From Octopus vulgaris (Eukaryota): DNA of 64,000 bases. A program made the position numbers and the translations under genes. Positions 12,440-27,045 of the stretch are shown one piece after another. Position 1 is the first letter of the stretch; each line of letters opens with the position of its first letter. The notes beneath the pieces are model-generated. The model saw only the letters and a program-made list of their open reading frames with translations, searched no databases and was not told where the DNA came from. The stretch covers positions 49,972,001 to 50,036,000 of the forward strand of contig OX597818.1 in NCBI GenBank assembly GCA_951406725.2, written 5' to 3'.

Positions 12440-13459
12440 TGAGTATGGGCAGCTGAATTTAGGAGGGGAAGGAAGAGTTTTGAAAATGAACCAACGTCTG
12501 GACGTCCTGTAACTGCCATCACCAAAGAAAACATTGTGTACACCACATGGTGACAGATGATAGGCGATTGATTATAAATTAAATAGCCAATGCTATAAGC
12601 ATATCCTGTGAGAGAGTGGAGAATATTCTACCCAATGAACTTGGCATGACGCTCCAAAGAAGGCCATGGTCGTTTCTTCCGCAGGGTAGGTGGTTGCCTC
12701 AGTTTTTTGGGATGCAAAATGCATTGTGTTTATTGATTATCTTCAAGAAGGCCACGCCGTCAATGGAGTGGCCTATGCCAACCTGTTGAAACAGTTACGG
12801 AAGGCTATCATGACTATATACCCAAGCAAACTGACGAAAGGGGTCTTGTTTCATCAGGGCAATGGTCCAACAAGTCCTCGTTTCAATGGCTGCTGTGCAT
12901 GACTGTGGCTTTAAACTGGTTGACCAGCCTTCGGATTTAGCCCCATCTAACTCTCATCTGTTCCCCAACATGAAAAAGCGCATGGCTGGGAAGTAGTGTC
13001 GTAGTGATGATGGCATCATATTTATTTCTTTATTGCCCACAGGGAGCTAAACATAGGGTAAGTCGATTACATCGACTTCAGTCCGTAACTGGTACTTATT
13101 TAATCGACCCCGAAAGGATGAAAGGCAAAGTCGACCTCGGTGGCATTTGAACTCAGAACGTAACCTAAGCATTTCGCCCTAATACCACCTAAGCATTTCG
13201 CCCTAATACCACCTAAGCATTTCGCCCAGCGTGCTAACGATTCTGCCAGCTCGCCGCCCTATGGCATCATATTTGCTGTTGATGGCTTCTTTTTTTTTTT
13301 TTTTTTGACCAAGAGGACGAAAGCTTCTTCAATAAAGGGATCCAAGCATTGAAACACCGATAGAAGTATGTGGACCACAAAGGGGACTATGTTGAAAAAT
13401 AGATCTCATTCCACGAGAGTATCTTGGACAGCCTATGAAATTTTCAGCCGTCCCTCGTA
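12440..13459 (+). mobile_element. Mariner transposase relic with right TIR, interrupted by a SINE (13021-13260)
   Basis: WAAEFRRGR..SGRP, VASVFWD..FIDYLQ, GVLFHQ.N, DLAPS..HLFP; ends GTCCCTCGTA; ATGGCATCATATT duplicated around the SINE. Confidence 0.85.
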
Positions 13460-16400
13460 GCCTTCTTGAACGTCAATAAAACACAAAGAGTACATATAAT
13501 ACGGCTTGTATTGTATATACTCTGTGTGCATGAACAACAGGGATTAAATTTTATACCAAGCATTTCTAGTAACTTTGAAGACTTTGTATTTTAAGGTAAC
13601 GTGGCATAACATACGTAGCTAAAAGGTGGATATCGACAGGTTCAGACGAGCCCCCAGCCAGCTAGGGTCGTCTGTATAATATACGCATACAAGTGTATAC
13701 AAGCTCGTATGAGATAGCTAATAGTGTAGTACCATAACTAGCATGTAACGCCTGGGGCAGCTTTTGATTTAGTCGTCCCCCACCGGGCCCCCAAGTCTAT
13801 ACAGACTTATACAGTAAACCTAAAAGTGTCCGGGGTGAATTGTACCCTCGTTCGCCCCATCATCTACACTACTGTTATGGCAGATCCATTTAAAAAATTG
13901 AGAATCCCACGGTTGAAATACTAGTTATGGCCATGCATATAAAACATTGTCAAAGCCACGATAGAAGCATTAGGCTTCTTTAGTACCAGTAAAATTTTAA
14001 AAGCTTTATCAGTTACGGATCTTCAACAAAGCTCAAGTGCGTTAGAGTAGTGATTTGCTGCACACATAAACATGCTTGTCGGTATCAAGCATTTCTGATT
14101 TACAAACATGCTGCTTCTTTTACGATAAACGATAAGCGTTGCCCTTTTCAAGCCTAGCCAGGCTCATGGGCCCGGTTTCCCGGTTTCTGTGGCGTATGTG
14201 CTCCCCTCAGCTGGACGGGACGCCAGCCCATCGCAGCGTTACCCAAGGAACAGGAAGAGAGAGTGAGAGAAAGATGTGACGAAAGAGTACAACAGGGGTC
14301 ACCACCAACCCCTGCCGGAACCTCATGGAGCTTTTAGGTGTTTTCGCTCAATAAACACACACAACGCCCGGTCTGGGAATCGAAACCGCGATCCTCCGAC
14401 CGCAAGTCTGCTGCCCTAACCACTGGACCATTGCGCCTCCACGCTGTTTCTTTTACCATTTTCATATTGGTCCATAAGGCGTTGAACTGGCAGAATCGTA
14501 GCACGCTGGGCAAAATGCTTAGCGGCATTTCGTTTGTCTTTACGTTTTGAGTAAAAATTCTGCCGAGGCCGACTTTACCTTTCCTTCTTTCGGGGTCGAT
14601 AAAATAAGTACCAGTTGAGCATTGGGGGCGATGTAATCCTTTCCCCTAAAATTGTTGGCCTTGTGCTAAAATTTGAAATTATTATTATATTGGCTCTTAT
14701 CTGAATTGCCTAATTATCTCCTACCAAACTCGCTCGATTCATTCCTCTCCTTCCTGTTTTCCAGATCCTAACACCTCCAAAATTTCAAGGCTTGTGCTTG
14801 GAGAAAGAATTATTATAACATCAGTAAAGGCGGTGAGATGGAAGAATCGTTAGTGTGTCGAACAAAATATTGAACAGCATTTCTTCCGGCTCTTTACGTT
14901 GAGTTCAAATTCCGCCATGGTCAACTTTGCCCTTCATCCTTACAAGATAAAAATAAAGTACCAGTCGAGAGCTGAGGTCGATATAATCGACTGTCCCCTC
15001 GCTTATATTTCTGGCCTTGTGCCTGTATCAGAAAATATTATTATAATATTGCTTTCAAAGGCGGCGAGCTCGCAGAAACGTTAGCACGCCGGGTTCGTCT
15101 GCCGTTACGTTATGAGTTCAAATTCCGCCGAGGTCGATTTTGCCTTTCATCCTTTCGGGGTCGATAAATTAAGTACCAGTTACGCACTGGGGTCGATATA
15201 ATCGACTTAATCCGTTTGTCTGTCCTTGTTTGTTCCCTCTGTGTTTAGCCCCTTCTGGGTAGTAAAGAAATATATAATATTGCTTTCAAATTTTTGCACA
15301 AGGCCAACCATTTCAGGGGCGAGAGTTAACTGGTGCTCAACTGGTACTTATTTTATCAACCCTTAAGGATGATAGTCAATATCGAGTTCGGCGGAATTTA
15401 AACAATTATTATAATATTGGTGGCGAAGGTAAAAAATACGCACACCACCTATTTCGGCCTTAAGGGTTAGAGTTATGCCGAAAACAGGTGGTATGCATAT
15501 TCTTTACTTCCACCATATTGGTTTTAAATCTTGACACAAGGCCAGCAATTTTGAGGGAGCGAGTAATTCAATTACATCAACCCCAGTCCTCACCTGGTAC
15601 TTATTTTATCGATCCCGAAAGGATGAAAAGTAAAGTCGACTTCGGCGGAATTTGAAGTTATTATATTAGTAGTAGAGGCGCAATGGCTCAGTGTTTAGGG
15701 CAGCGAACTCGCGGTCGGAGCATCGCGGTTTCGATTCCCAGACCGGGTGTTGTGAGTATTTATTGAGCGAAAACACCTAAAAAGCTCCACGAGGCCCCGA
15801 CAGGGGGTGGTGGCGACCCCTGTTGTACTCTTTCGCCCCAACTTTCTCTCACTCTCTCTTCCTGTTTCTTGGGTAACGCTGCGATGGACTGGCGTCCCGT
15901 CCAGCTGGGGGGAACACATACGCCACAGAAACCGGGAAACTGGGCCCATGAGCCTGGCTAGGCTTGAAAAGGGCGCATAAATAAAAAAAATAATATTAGT
16001 AAACGATGGTGGACTGCCAGAATGTTGACAAAATGTCTCGTGGGACTTAATTCCGTCTCAAATCCTGTAATGGTAAACTTAGCCTTTTATATAATTCGGC
16101 AGTCAATACGATAAGTACAAATCAAATATTGAAGTCTACCTAATCGTCTGTAGTTATATATATATATATATATATATATGTTAGAAATCATTATTATAAT
16201 ATTAGTAAACACCCGGTGCTAATAAATGAAGTATTGACACCCTTTCTAGACGTTTCCGTTAAATAGTAAAACGATGTGTCATTCTTTTAAAATGTTTTTA
16301 TACAACAAAACATAAAAAATAATAAACGGAATCATATTTATTATATAAACTTAAAAAGTATTCGTCGTAAATAAAGTAAGAATTAGACACCAATATCAAA

Positions 16401-16491
16401 GTAGTTTGTGATTGACCGAATGACACACTAATTCCCGAACAAAAAAAAAATATTAATCAACAGGTGACTGTCCACCTGAATAGGACTCCTC

Positions 16492-16503
16492 CGCGCATGC
16501 GTA
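16492..16503. promoter_or_regulatory. NRF1/Ewg-like palindromic motif (CGCGCATGCGTA) upstream of the Ly6 gene start
   Basis: GCGCATGCG core ~260 nt upstream of the ATG in otherwise very AT-rich, repeat-free DNA. Confidence 0.45.
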
Positions 16504-16760
16504 TAATTCACGATATCTGCTGTGACAAAAAACTATTTCAAAACGTGATTTATAATTTTGAAGCATAATTTCTTTGATAATATCATATTAAATAATTTTA
16601 AGTAAATATTTACGTTTTAAAAACTATTTCGAAAACTTATCATCTAAATTAAATATTGTCATCACCTTGTTACCTGGTGTACGTCAAGTCGGTGAGGTGG
16701 GGGTCTCAGTAGCCAGGTACTCCAACTACGCACTGCCATATTTTGCACGGACCTTATGAT

Positions 16761-16806
16761 ATGAATTGCCTTTTGCTTTTAACTTTGTTGGCAATTATAC
16801 CGCCAG
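16761..16806 (+). CDS. Ly6/uPAR (three-finger, quiver/sleepless-like) GPI-anchored protein, coding exon 1 (signal peptide MNCLLLLTLLAIIPPG)
   Basis: ATG at 16761, hydrophobic signal peptide, phase-1 donor CAG|GTAGGT at 16807; joins exon 2 in frame to give ...IPPG-IA|IQCYQC. Confidence 0.8.
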
Positions 16807-17597
16807 GTAGGTTGTTTATATCATTTTTCTACCTTAATAACTAATCCAATTTTCAATCGATGAATATTTTCAGTTTAATAAAATTCAAAAATTATGTGAA
16901 TTATTTCCCAAATGTTCATTTCCTCTTCGGTAAATTCGTTAATTAAACTTGCATTTTCTTAATTTCTGATCTTGTAATTTAAAATACCGATATATATTTC
17001 TCTTTATATATTTCTTTAGTATTAATATTATTTTTATCACCTGCGACACTTATAATTTGCTTATTTCCCGGTTTTGTTGAACTGTTACATTGGATTACAA
17101 TATTTTGTTTAGGCCTATATTACTTTCCAAATAACTTAACCTAGGAAGCAAACCAAAATCTGGCAAGACTCTCCAGATGTTGTCTTTGTGGAGTTCAGAC
17201 GATCTACAAAATCTTGTTTAAATCTTAATCATGTAACAATATGTTTTGTTAATTAAAATATTATTTTGCCTTTGTGTCAATTTTCTTAGTATCGAAGTCG
17301 ACAAATCCCTAGATTATCGAAGTTTTCAATAAAAATGTGTTCGTCGTTAAATATATTACCACTCATTAATGAAAATAGCATTTGTTAGTTTATAAAATAT
17401 AAATAAGCATTTAAGTAATTATCCAAAATTAGTGTATTGTCTGCGTAATGCATGTTATGTTGTGTTGGTCCATACTCAAAATGATCAACTTCTGTCTCCA
17501 TATCATGACGTTTTTATTCGATTGCAAACAGTCTGTTTTAAGTCGACATTTAAAATCAAATAAAGTAATAATTGCTCGAGTAGTTTTTTAAAAAAAA

Positions 17598-18022
17598 GGC
17601 GATCTTTCGTCTCTGGTAGACCTTTCCGTCGATTTCCGTAAAAAAATTTTTTTTTTTACATATGGGCTTGCGGGAACTTTTGAAGTAATATACATACATA
17701 TATACATACACCGAGTAAAAAATTTCAGTTATCTCTCTCTTTCACACATTACTCTCTCTGTCTCTTCACACACACTAACAGAAGCACTTCACTTACACAA
17801 CATACTGTCTGTCTCCCACACCCCATCAAACGCACACACACACACACGTCCATCAATGCTCCCATGCACGGTAACTTCAAAAGAACTTCCCTCCTCATAC
17901 AATCGCTTTCTCTTAGTCTCTTTCGCTCTCATTACTTCAAAAGTTCCCGCAAGCCCATATGTAAAAAAAAAAAAAATTTTACGGAAATCGACGGAAAGGT
18001 CTACTAGAGACGAAAGATTGCC
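17598..18022. mobile_element. MITE with ~90-bp TIRs (possibly Merlin-like), Ly6 intron 1
   Basis: 17598-17689 is the reverse complement of 17931-18022; termini GGCGA; A-run flanks are compatible with an 8-9 bp TSD. Confidence 0.8.
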
Positions 18023-18882
18023 AAAAAAAAAATTATTTCTGAATTCCGTGAATAGCAAAGAAAAATCGTTCAAATTTCTTCACGCAAGTCTTTTCGATTA
18101 TATATTTGTCATTTATTGTTAATAAGATGACAGGTTATAAATGTCTTATTGCTTCTTGCTTTTATGAAAGCGATCTCCTTGAAAACATTGCTTTAATCAC
18201 TAGCAATAAAGAATGTCCCTTCTGTTGATAATACTTCCCTTGTTTAGCCAGATCCCCTTAGTTCAATTGAATTTCATCTCTTAACACACATGAGCCATCG
18301 TGAGAACCTTGACGTTGTTACTTATAAGAAATGGGAAGAAATTCTTCAAACCACACCCTGCTGCCTTTAAACACCAAATGACACTGAAGTTACTCTTTGA
18401 TGCATTATACCTTGAAATAAAAACGAGATTGTCACAACTGGAACGCCTTTGATCATAGGTTTGCTAAATGAAGAAACAGATTTAAGGCTACACAACAACA
18501 AATACAATGCTCACCTGCGACTCATTGGACCTCTGCGCTGTCCACTTGTCCTGCTAGAAATAACAACCATATCTTTCTCAAACCTGTTCCATCTTAAAGC
18601 GTGGGCGAACTGGTCAGTTCCCTGGGGTCACTGAGGGCCCAATGATGCTGTTGCTGTGCATTTAGGGATGCCAGTGTAGTACATTGTCCAGGTGGTGGGG
18701 CTATAAATGTTGTTAAGGCAGTCCTACCTCAAACCATGTCTAATATTCTTGGAAAAGCAGTATCAATAGGATAACCTGATTGTGGATACACTGTATGTAT
18801 GAAAAAGAAAAGATGATGGATCTTTTTGGTTTGAACGGCAGTTTTTAAAAATAATTTCCACGTAACTAAACACTTTTAAACT

Positions 18883-18941
<59 letters not shown>

Positions 18942-21023
18942 TTGTATGTCAGTGTTTGCCCCCCTAACATCACTTGACAACCGATGCTGGTGTGTTTACG
19001 TCCCCGTAACTTAGCGGTTCGGCAAAAGTGACCGATAGAATAAGTACTAGGCTTACAAAGAATAAGTCCTGGCCGCAGTCAAATAAATGGCTGAAACAAG
19101 TAAAGAGTCTGTGTAGTAATATCAAATAAAAACTGATACAAGATAGAGGGGAAACTCTTTAGTCACAGAAAAAGTATCTAGGTTAGGAGAGTAGTTAACT
19201 TCAAATAAAATCTGTTACAAAGTAGAAGTGGGATGCTTTAGTCTTGTTGCAAATAACCTCTGTAGTATTGGGCTCATGATAAAATGCATGAAATTTATGC
19301 TGTAAAATGGTTAATGATAGATGGGACATCAAGCCATGGAAACCATGTCAAAGCATGACATATACAGCAACAGTGATTGACAGATTTCTCTGGTGGTGTT
19401 TGTCTGATAGTGAGGATCTATAACCAAGTGGTGGTGTGTCACTGATATTTGACTGATCCATGTCATGATAGAAAGCAGTTCTAAAATAGTAATGATGATG
19501 AATTCAGGCAAGAGACACAGGCAGGGTTCATATATTTGGGACACAAAACTCTGCTTGCGAAGACCTGTTGAGGCAAGTGAAATCGAAATCAATAAAAAAT
19601 CAATGGAAATTGTAGTTGTCATACCAGTGCCGGTGGTACGTAAAAGAACCATCCGAATGTGGCTGTTGCCAGCGCTGCCTTGACTGACCTCCGTACTGGT
19701 GAGACATAAAATGCACCAACCGATCGGGCCGTTGCCAACCTTGCCTAGCACCTGTGCCGGTGGCACATAAAAAGCACCCACACTACACTCACAGAAGGGT
19801 TGGCGTTAGGAAGGGCATCCAGCTGTAGAAACACTGCCAGATCAGACTGGAGCCTGGTGCAGCCTCCTGGCTTCCCAGACCCTGGTCGAACCGTCCAACC
19901 CATGCTAGCATGGAGAATGGACATTAAACGATGATGATGATGGTGCTGATGTAAAAGTGAATTACAAATAATTGAGAGTCACAACAAAATGGCACCGAAT
20001 AATTTCCACTTGTACCTAACAGACAGCTCTCTCTCAAATCACGCTCTTCTGTTTTCAAAAAATGTAAGGATATAATTTGGATAAAGTACTCTAACATCAG
20101 CTACATCTAAAAAAAAAAAAATTGTCATGGTTGCAATGTCATTGATCATTGGTCTGTTTGACCAGAGCTGACCTGGTGTTAAACAACAATAATGATTCTG
20201 TTTCCAAATAGAGAGGAACCAGTTGAGATTTACTTTAGTTGTAACAGTTACAGTATTTGTAATATTTTTCTAGAATTCTCTCTTCAACATCATTGAACAT
20301 TGTCTTTCCATGCTAGCATGGGTTGGATGATTTGACATGAACTGATTAACCAGAGGACTACAATGAGCGCCATTGTCTGCTTTGGTATGGTTTCTACAGC
20401 TGGATGCTCTTCCTAACCACTTTATAGATTGTACTGGGAGCATTTTCATGGCACTAGTGAGGTCACCGAGTATTTGCAGATGCATATGGATGCTGAGAGC
20501 TCCATGAAGAACTGCTGATCTCTAAAAGTAGATGGAACTCTTGGAAAAGGGAGACCCAGGAAGACATGGGACAAGGTATTGAAGGCAACCTCAGGACACT
20601 GAGCCTTTCAGATGAGATGATAAAGGACCGAGATGTCAGACACATTGTTGTACCCAAGAAGACCCCTCCTCCACAGCAGCAATATTAAGGCTACTCCCCC
20701 TCCCTGCCCCTGCTGAAGGGGATTGTCCTGTGAGAGTCTTGTGCCAGTGCCACGTTAAAGTGCCCATGCCAGCACCATGTTAAAAGCACCCAGCACACAC
20801 TATAAAGGGGTTGGCCTTAGGAAGGGCATCTAGCTGTAGAAATCAAGGCAAACCAGACTGAAACCTGGTACAGCATGTCAGCTATGGTCAAACCGTCCAA
20901 CCCATGCCAGCAAGGAAAACAGATGTTAGAGGATGATGATGATGATAATGAAGTGAAAGTATGCTAGAGGAACAATAATTAAACTTTACTGTAAATCATG
21001 CTACCTATGCTAATGTATTTGAT

Positions 21024-21251
21024 TACCCCTTTCGTTACCAACCCAGCTGAAACCAGCTCTGGCTCTGTAGTACAAATATCTTGTTTTCATAAGTTTTGAA
21101 TTAAAATCTTCCACCAAACCTTAGTCACAATTTATGTTCCTAACACTAGCTTAATGATAACTAAGTTATTTTACTAAATTCTTTGTTATATTTAAAGTAA
21201 TTAAAAGAAACACAGAGCATCTCAAAATAAATACAGTAATAAAAGGGTTAA
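21024..21251. mobile_element. piggyBac-like (TTAA) MITE
   Basis: Ends CCCTTTCGTTAC / GTAATAAAAGGG-TTAA. Confidence 0.55.
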
Positions 21252-21558
21252 GATATAAAAATGCAAATTTTCTTACCAAATTACAGTATTTAAAGAATGA
21301 TATAATTCAAGGATTGTTGAAATTTCACTTTGAACATCTATTCAAGAGTTGCCATCATTCTTTTGTCTCAAACCAGTATCGTATTAAAATATTTCATGAA
21401 GAGAGAAATAAAAAAAATCGAATAAAATATGAGGGAAATATCTAAAAAAACAAAAAGCAAGACAAAAAACGCTTATTGTTCTCTGTTCATAGAAATTGTA
21501 ATTTTGTATTGAATCATTGATGCCAATGTGCTTTTTATTTAATTTGCTTTTGTTTTAG

Positions 21559-21720
21559 GTATTGCCATACAGTGTTACCAATGTGACAGCAATGAAGATA
21601 TTTCTTGTCCATCATCGGAGGCATTTGATACTAAAGTTAATGGTTTAATTGATTGTAATAGCTTCGAAGCAAATGTACCTGGGCAGTTTTGCATGAAAAG
21701 GTACCAGCAAAGCCCTGGAT
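21559..21720 (+). CDS. Ly6/uPAR protein, coding exon 2 (IAIQCYQCDSNEDISCPSSEAFDTKVNGLIDCNSFEANVPGQFCMKRYQQSPG)
   Basis: Polypyrimidine acceptor ttttgttttag, donor GTAAGT at 21721, 162 nt phase 1-1, canonical Ly6 N-terminal IxCYxC motif. Confidence 0.92.
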
Positions 21721-22396
21721 GTAAGTAAAATGAATACACAAGTATTTAAAGATGAATTTTACATGCTGAGGTTGCCTCTATGAGGTCACTTGACTTGCTA
21801 GAAATAGCAATTAAATACCCTTGAATTTAACATTTTACTGTCTTGGAAATAAAATAAATAAAAAGGAATGGTTACAGCTGAAATATTTTCATGATATTTC
21901 TACTTAATCAGAGTTGACCTGGGCTTAAAAACTTCAAATATAATTATTAACCATAGGTGCAGGCTGTGTTAAGATGCTTGCTTCTCAACCATGTGGTTTT
22001 GGGTTCAATCTCACTGTATGACACTGAACAAGTGTCTTCTATTTGGTAGATGGAAGCCATGTGGAATTCCATCGCACATACACACACACACAAATAGTGT
22101 ATCTTATGTGTACAGTTTGACATTTTGTCTCTGTAATAGAATGCATTAGTGCTTTCTTGACCCATTGTGGTTAAGCATTCAACTGCTCTTGGAGCATTCA
22201 ATACTTATTTCTGAAAAATCACACACACACACACATACATATATATGTGTGTGTGTATGTATATGTATGTATCTGAATATATATGTGTGTGTATGACTTT
22301 GTGTCACTGTTTGTCCCCACTCATCATTTGAAAAGAGTTGTGGTTTTTTTTTTTAACTCTGTAACTTAGTGGTTTTGCAAAAGAGGCGGATAGACT

Positions 22397-23257
22397 ACGT
22401 GGTCTGATCAATAAGTGTCCGGACTGTCACCATAGTAACGAAACTAAAGCACGCAGAGTGAAGCTGCTTGGCACAGATTGACCTTAAACTCTGCTGTGCA
22501 TGTGCACTAAGTTTTAACGTTCTAGCTCACTTCTGCTGTTTACAGCAATGCTTGGAAGGAACATGTGTAGCATGTGATTGTTGCATTGACCATGAATCTG
22601 CATCAACTTTTGCCAAAAGCTTGGCGATGTCAGCTCAGGGGCCAATGCAAAGTTGCAGGAAGTGTATGAGCTCCAAAAATGTCAAGAGTGATAAACGTTT
22701 TGGGAGACCTGCAACCAACAGAATTGAGAAAAACATCAGAGATGTGTGTGCAGCTGTGAGGGAAAATTGTTGAATCACCATCCATGAGTTATTATAGGAT
22801 GTGCAGATTAGTTACAGTTCAGTTCAGTTCAGTTCAGTCCATTATCACTGAAGATTTGGGTATGAGATGTGTGTCTGCCAAGTTTGTGCCAAAACTGCTT
22901 TCGGCTGACAATGCACCTGCACATTTAGTGCAGCTTGTGCATGTGTTTTTAACTAGGCATAGCATTCTCCAGGTCTGACAGCCTCCATATTCCCCAGATC
23001 TCGTCTCTTGCAACATTTTCTTCTTTCCAAAAGTCAAATCCCACTTGAAAGGAAGATTTCAGGATGTTGAGGAAATGTGACGAGACCGCTGCTGATTATC
23101 TCAGGAAACAAGTTTCAGGAATGCTTCCATCAATGGAAATAATACTGGATTAAGTGTGTGGCTTCTGAAGGGGACTTACTTTGAAGGAGATTAAATACCA
23201 AATTGGTATGTGTTGTGGTTTTGTTTTTATAGTGCCAGTCCAGATACTTATTGATCA
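22397..23257 (+). mobile_element. Internally deleted mariner element in Ly6 intron 2
   Basis: TIRs TGATCAATAAGTGTCCGGACT / AGTCCAGATACTTATTGATCA; VSAKFVPKLL, DNAPAH, PPYSPDL motifs. Confidence 0.85.
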
Positions 23258-25555
23258 TAAGTACTACACTTAAAAAACGAATAATTACTGGGGTCAGTTT
23301 GTGTGACTAAACCCTTCAAAGTGGTGGAAAACGAACTTTATAACCACACGGCTATACCTGCACCTATGATATGTAAAAAGGGATAGTTGTAGCTAGAACA
23401 TTCTTTGATAATCATCATCATCATTTAATGTGTATTGCTCATGTTGGCATGGGTTGGACAGTTTGACCAGGGCTAGTAAGCTGAGCGGTTGTATCAGACT
23501 CCAGTGTGATTTGGTATGGTTTCTATGGCTGGATGCCCTTCCTAACACCAGCTACTCCAAGAGTGTAATGGGTGCTAGTTGCATGACACCAGTATTTGCC
23601 ATGACTATGTTTTCACTTGGCTTCATGGGTCTTCTTAAGCACAGCATAATGCCAAAGGTCTTGGACATTTGTTATTGTCTCTGTGAAATAGGTTTGTTTA
23701 ACCATGGTTGACCTGTAGTTAAACAACCCAGTAAGTCTATTAGCCTATATTAAAGGAAAAACACCAACCTTTTGACTAGCAAACAAATTGTTAAATCCCT
23801 TATAATCAGATATCATCATCATTTTATGTCTGTTTTCCATGCTGGCATGGATTAGACAGTCTGACAGGAGCTGGCCAGCTGGGGAACTGTCCAGACCCCA
23901 ATTGTCTGTTTTAACCTGGCTTTTATGGCTGGATGCCCTTCCTGACACCAACCACTTTACAGAGTGTGCTGGGTGCTTTTTACATGCCACTGGTACAGGT
24001 GTGTTTATGTAGCACCAGCACATTTGCATTTCATGTGGTACCAGCACCTGTAAAAGACTAGCCTGTATGTATGGATGACAGCAATTTTACTTAGCTTGAT
24101 TCATCTTTTCAAGTGCAGCAAATTGCTACGACTCCCAGTCCCTTGTAATTTCCCCTGGTCAGAAGTAGTTGAGCAGACCTAAAGGCACAAAACTGGTAAA
24201 TGACTATTTTCCATTGTCCTAGATAAACTATGTTACCATCCAACTGAGGGTTATACTGCACATTGTGACATACAGTGTTTAATTCATTTATTTTATGTAT
24301 TACAGTATTACCATCTACCTAATCTTCTTTTCTGGCACATTGGTTGTAACGCACCTGAAAAGAGGGCTAGCTGGATGTTAAAAATCATCATCATCCTTTA
24401 GTGTTTGCTTTCCATACTGGCATAGGTTAGATGGTTTGACTAACTGGTAAGCTGGAGAATCTGTAGCAGGTTCCAGTTTGATTTGGTTTGGTTTCTACAG
24501 CTGGATACCCTTCCTAATGCCAATTATTTCAAGAGTGAAGTGGTTGCCTTCTGCATGTCACTGACATGGGTGCCTTTCATGTGTCACCAGCATGGATACC
24601 TTTTATATATCACGGGTGCATGTTCCTGTTTACATGTCACCAGCACGGGTACCTGTTATGTGTCACTGGTACTGATCACAACTATGATATCACTTGGCCT
24701 GATGAGTCTTCTCAAGCACAGCAAACCACCAAGGTCTCAATCACTTGTTTTCACCTCCATAAGACCCAATGAATTGAAAATCATGCTTCACCACTTCATC
24801 TAATGTCTTCCCGAGTCTACTTCTTCCACAGCTTCCCTCCACAGTTAAAGATAAATTCAGTAGTAGTTACTGTTTAAATTAATGTTATCAGTTGTAGATG
24901 CACTGGCCTGACTCTCCATCAATTATGATCAACTAAATAGCCTGCTCATGAAATGAACATGCAAGTGGCTGACCACTTCACAGACACATGTATCCTTAAC
25001 ATAGTTCTCAGGGAGATTCAGCATGACAAGGATGGTCCTTTGAAGTACAACTCATTTTTGCCAGCTGAGTAGACTGGAGCAATGAGTGATAAAGTGTCAT
25101 GCTCAAGGACTCAACATGCTGTCAGGAATCAAACTCATGCCCTTGTGATTGTAGGCTGAACACTCTAGACATTAATAATAATAATAATGAAATTATTGTA
25201 TACAGTGCTCAGGTGCACCACAACTTGCCAAAAGTGCATATAAAGCATATGCAGTAATGTACAAATGTCTGGGAAGTGAACAGTGTATGAGCCAGATACA
25301 TGCTTGCTTGTGTATGGAGGGGAGAAAATCAGGTGTAGTGTTGGCGAATCTCAGAAAGCATGGAAGTTTTGAAGGATGCAGTGTTCTGATAACTAACAAC
25401 TGATGCCAGCAGTTTGTTCCATGCTTCAGCCATGTCCCTTTCTATTTTATGCTTTGTCTTCATGTAATAAAGATTCTTTTCAGTATTAGGACAGTAATTA
25501 TAAAAATATTTCTCATCTGACACATTTTAAACAAAGAACCTCTTTCTCTCTCAAG

Positions 25556-25606
25556 GGAACGGCTGGATCAAGATAACTCGCAGGTGTGCCAGCAGAACAT
25601 CTTCTG
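25556..25606 (+). CDS. Ly6/uPAR protein, coding exon 3 (WNGWIKITRRCASRTSS)
   Basis: Acceptor tctttctctctcaag, donor GTAAGT at 25607, 51 nt phase 1-1; the ITRRC motif is typical of the central Ly6 finger. Confidence 0.88.
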
Positions 25607-26521
25607 GTAAGTTATTTCCTACATTACCATTTTATCAATCTATATTATCTCTGAATTAAAGGGGTGAATTTTGTATTTCTTTCAAAAAGTCTAGAATGCC
25701 TATTTCTTTACTACCCACAAGGGGCTAAACACAGAGAGGACAAACAAGGACAGACAAACAGATTAAGTCAATTATATCGACCCTAGTGCGTAACTGGTAC
25801 TTATTTAATTGACCCCGAAAGGATGAAAGGCAAAGTTGACCTTGGCGGAATTTGAATTCAGAATGTAGCGGCAGACGAAATATGGCTACGCATCTTACCT
25901 GACGTGCTAACGATTCTACCAGCTCGCCACCTTAGAATGTCTAGAATGCTGATTAATGATTCTTGAACCTTCAGATACGGTGCTCTTATGGGAAGAAAAT
26001 GACTATATTTAAAGCTTGAATGAACTGCAAGGAGTTTTTACATTTGATCAATATTATTGCATGTGTGCAAAGCAGCGAGTTGGCAGAATCGTTAGCATGC
26101 CAAGCAAAATGTTTAGTGGTATTTTGTATGCTGCTACGTTCTGAGTTCAAATTCTGCTGAAGTTGACTTTGCTTTTCATCCTTTCGGGGTCAATTAAATA
26201 AGTACCAGTTATGAACCGGGGTTGATGTAATCAACTTAATCCCCTCTCACAAGCTGCCCTTGTAGCAAAAATTTGAAATCATTAATCCATCCATCCATCC
26301 ATACATGCATACATACATATATTTGTTCATTCATTCATTCGTTAGTGTGTCTATGTTAAAAAACTTTTTTTTTAGATCTGAAAAATCTTGATTTGATTTC
26401 TAAATATTGGTAATTTAGTTATTATAGGGTTAAAATATCCAATTAGTCCTTTTTATATCAACTCATCTGAGACCGCCTTTGGTTTCATGATATGAAATCT
26501 GCTGTTTTAAAATTTCCACAT

Positions 26522-27045
26522 TTAACCCATTAACTGCCAGATTTTTTATTCATATTTTTTGGCTTTGCCAGGTGTCTTAGGAGTTAAAATAATATATAGT
26601 ATTAAAATTTTCTTCATATGTGAATTATTTTGGAAATTATAAATTTTTCAAAAAGTCCAAATGGAGATTACTGAAAAATAGCATATTTATCCTTTTCTAT
26701 TCAATTGCAATAATAAACATTTATAGTTTTTCTGAAACTATAATATCAAATGCAAATGTGTATGAAATATCAATGAATGATATTGATGGGAGAGGCAAAA
26801 AAAAAAAAAAAACGTTTTCAAAACGGTCAATATTTTTGTTGTTCAAAAATTGCAGTTTATGACATGAAATGTCCTCTAGAATTAGCCAGAGCTAATAATG
26901 ACAAACTTTAACTACTAAATATTGTTAAACACACCTCTGCAAATTCAATGTACATAAGCAATTCACTTTAAATACAATGAACAACCAGCAGTGAGACTGT
27001 TTTTAACAGATCCTCAAATGGGGCCCATGGCAGGCAATAGGTTAA
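26522..27045. mobile_element. piggyBac-like (TTAA) non-autonomous element
   Basis: TTAA-CCCATTAACTGCC ... GGCAGGCAATAGG-TTAA. Confidence 0.5.
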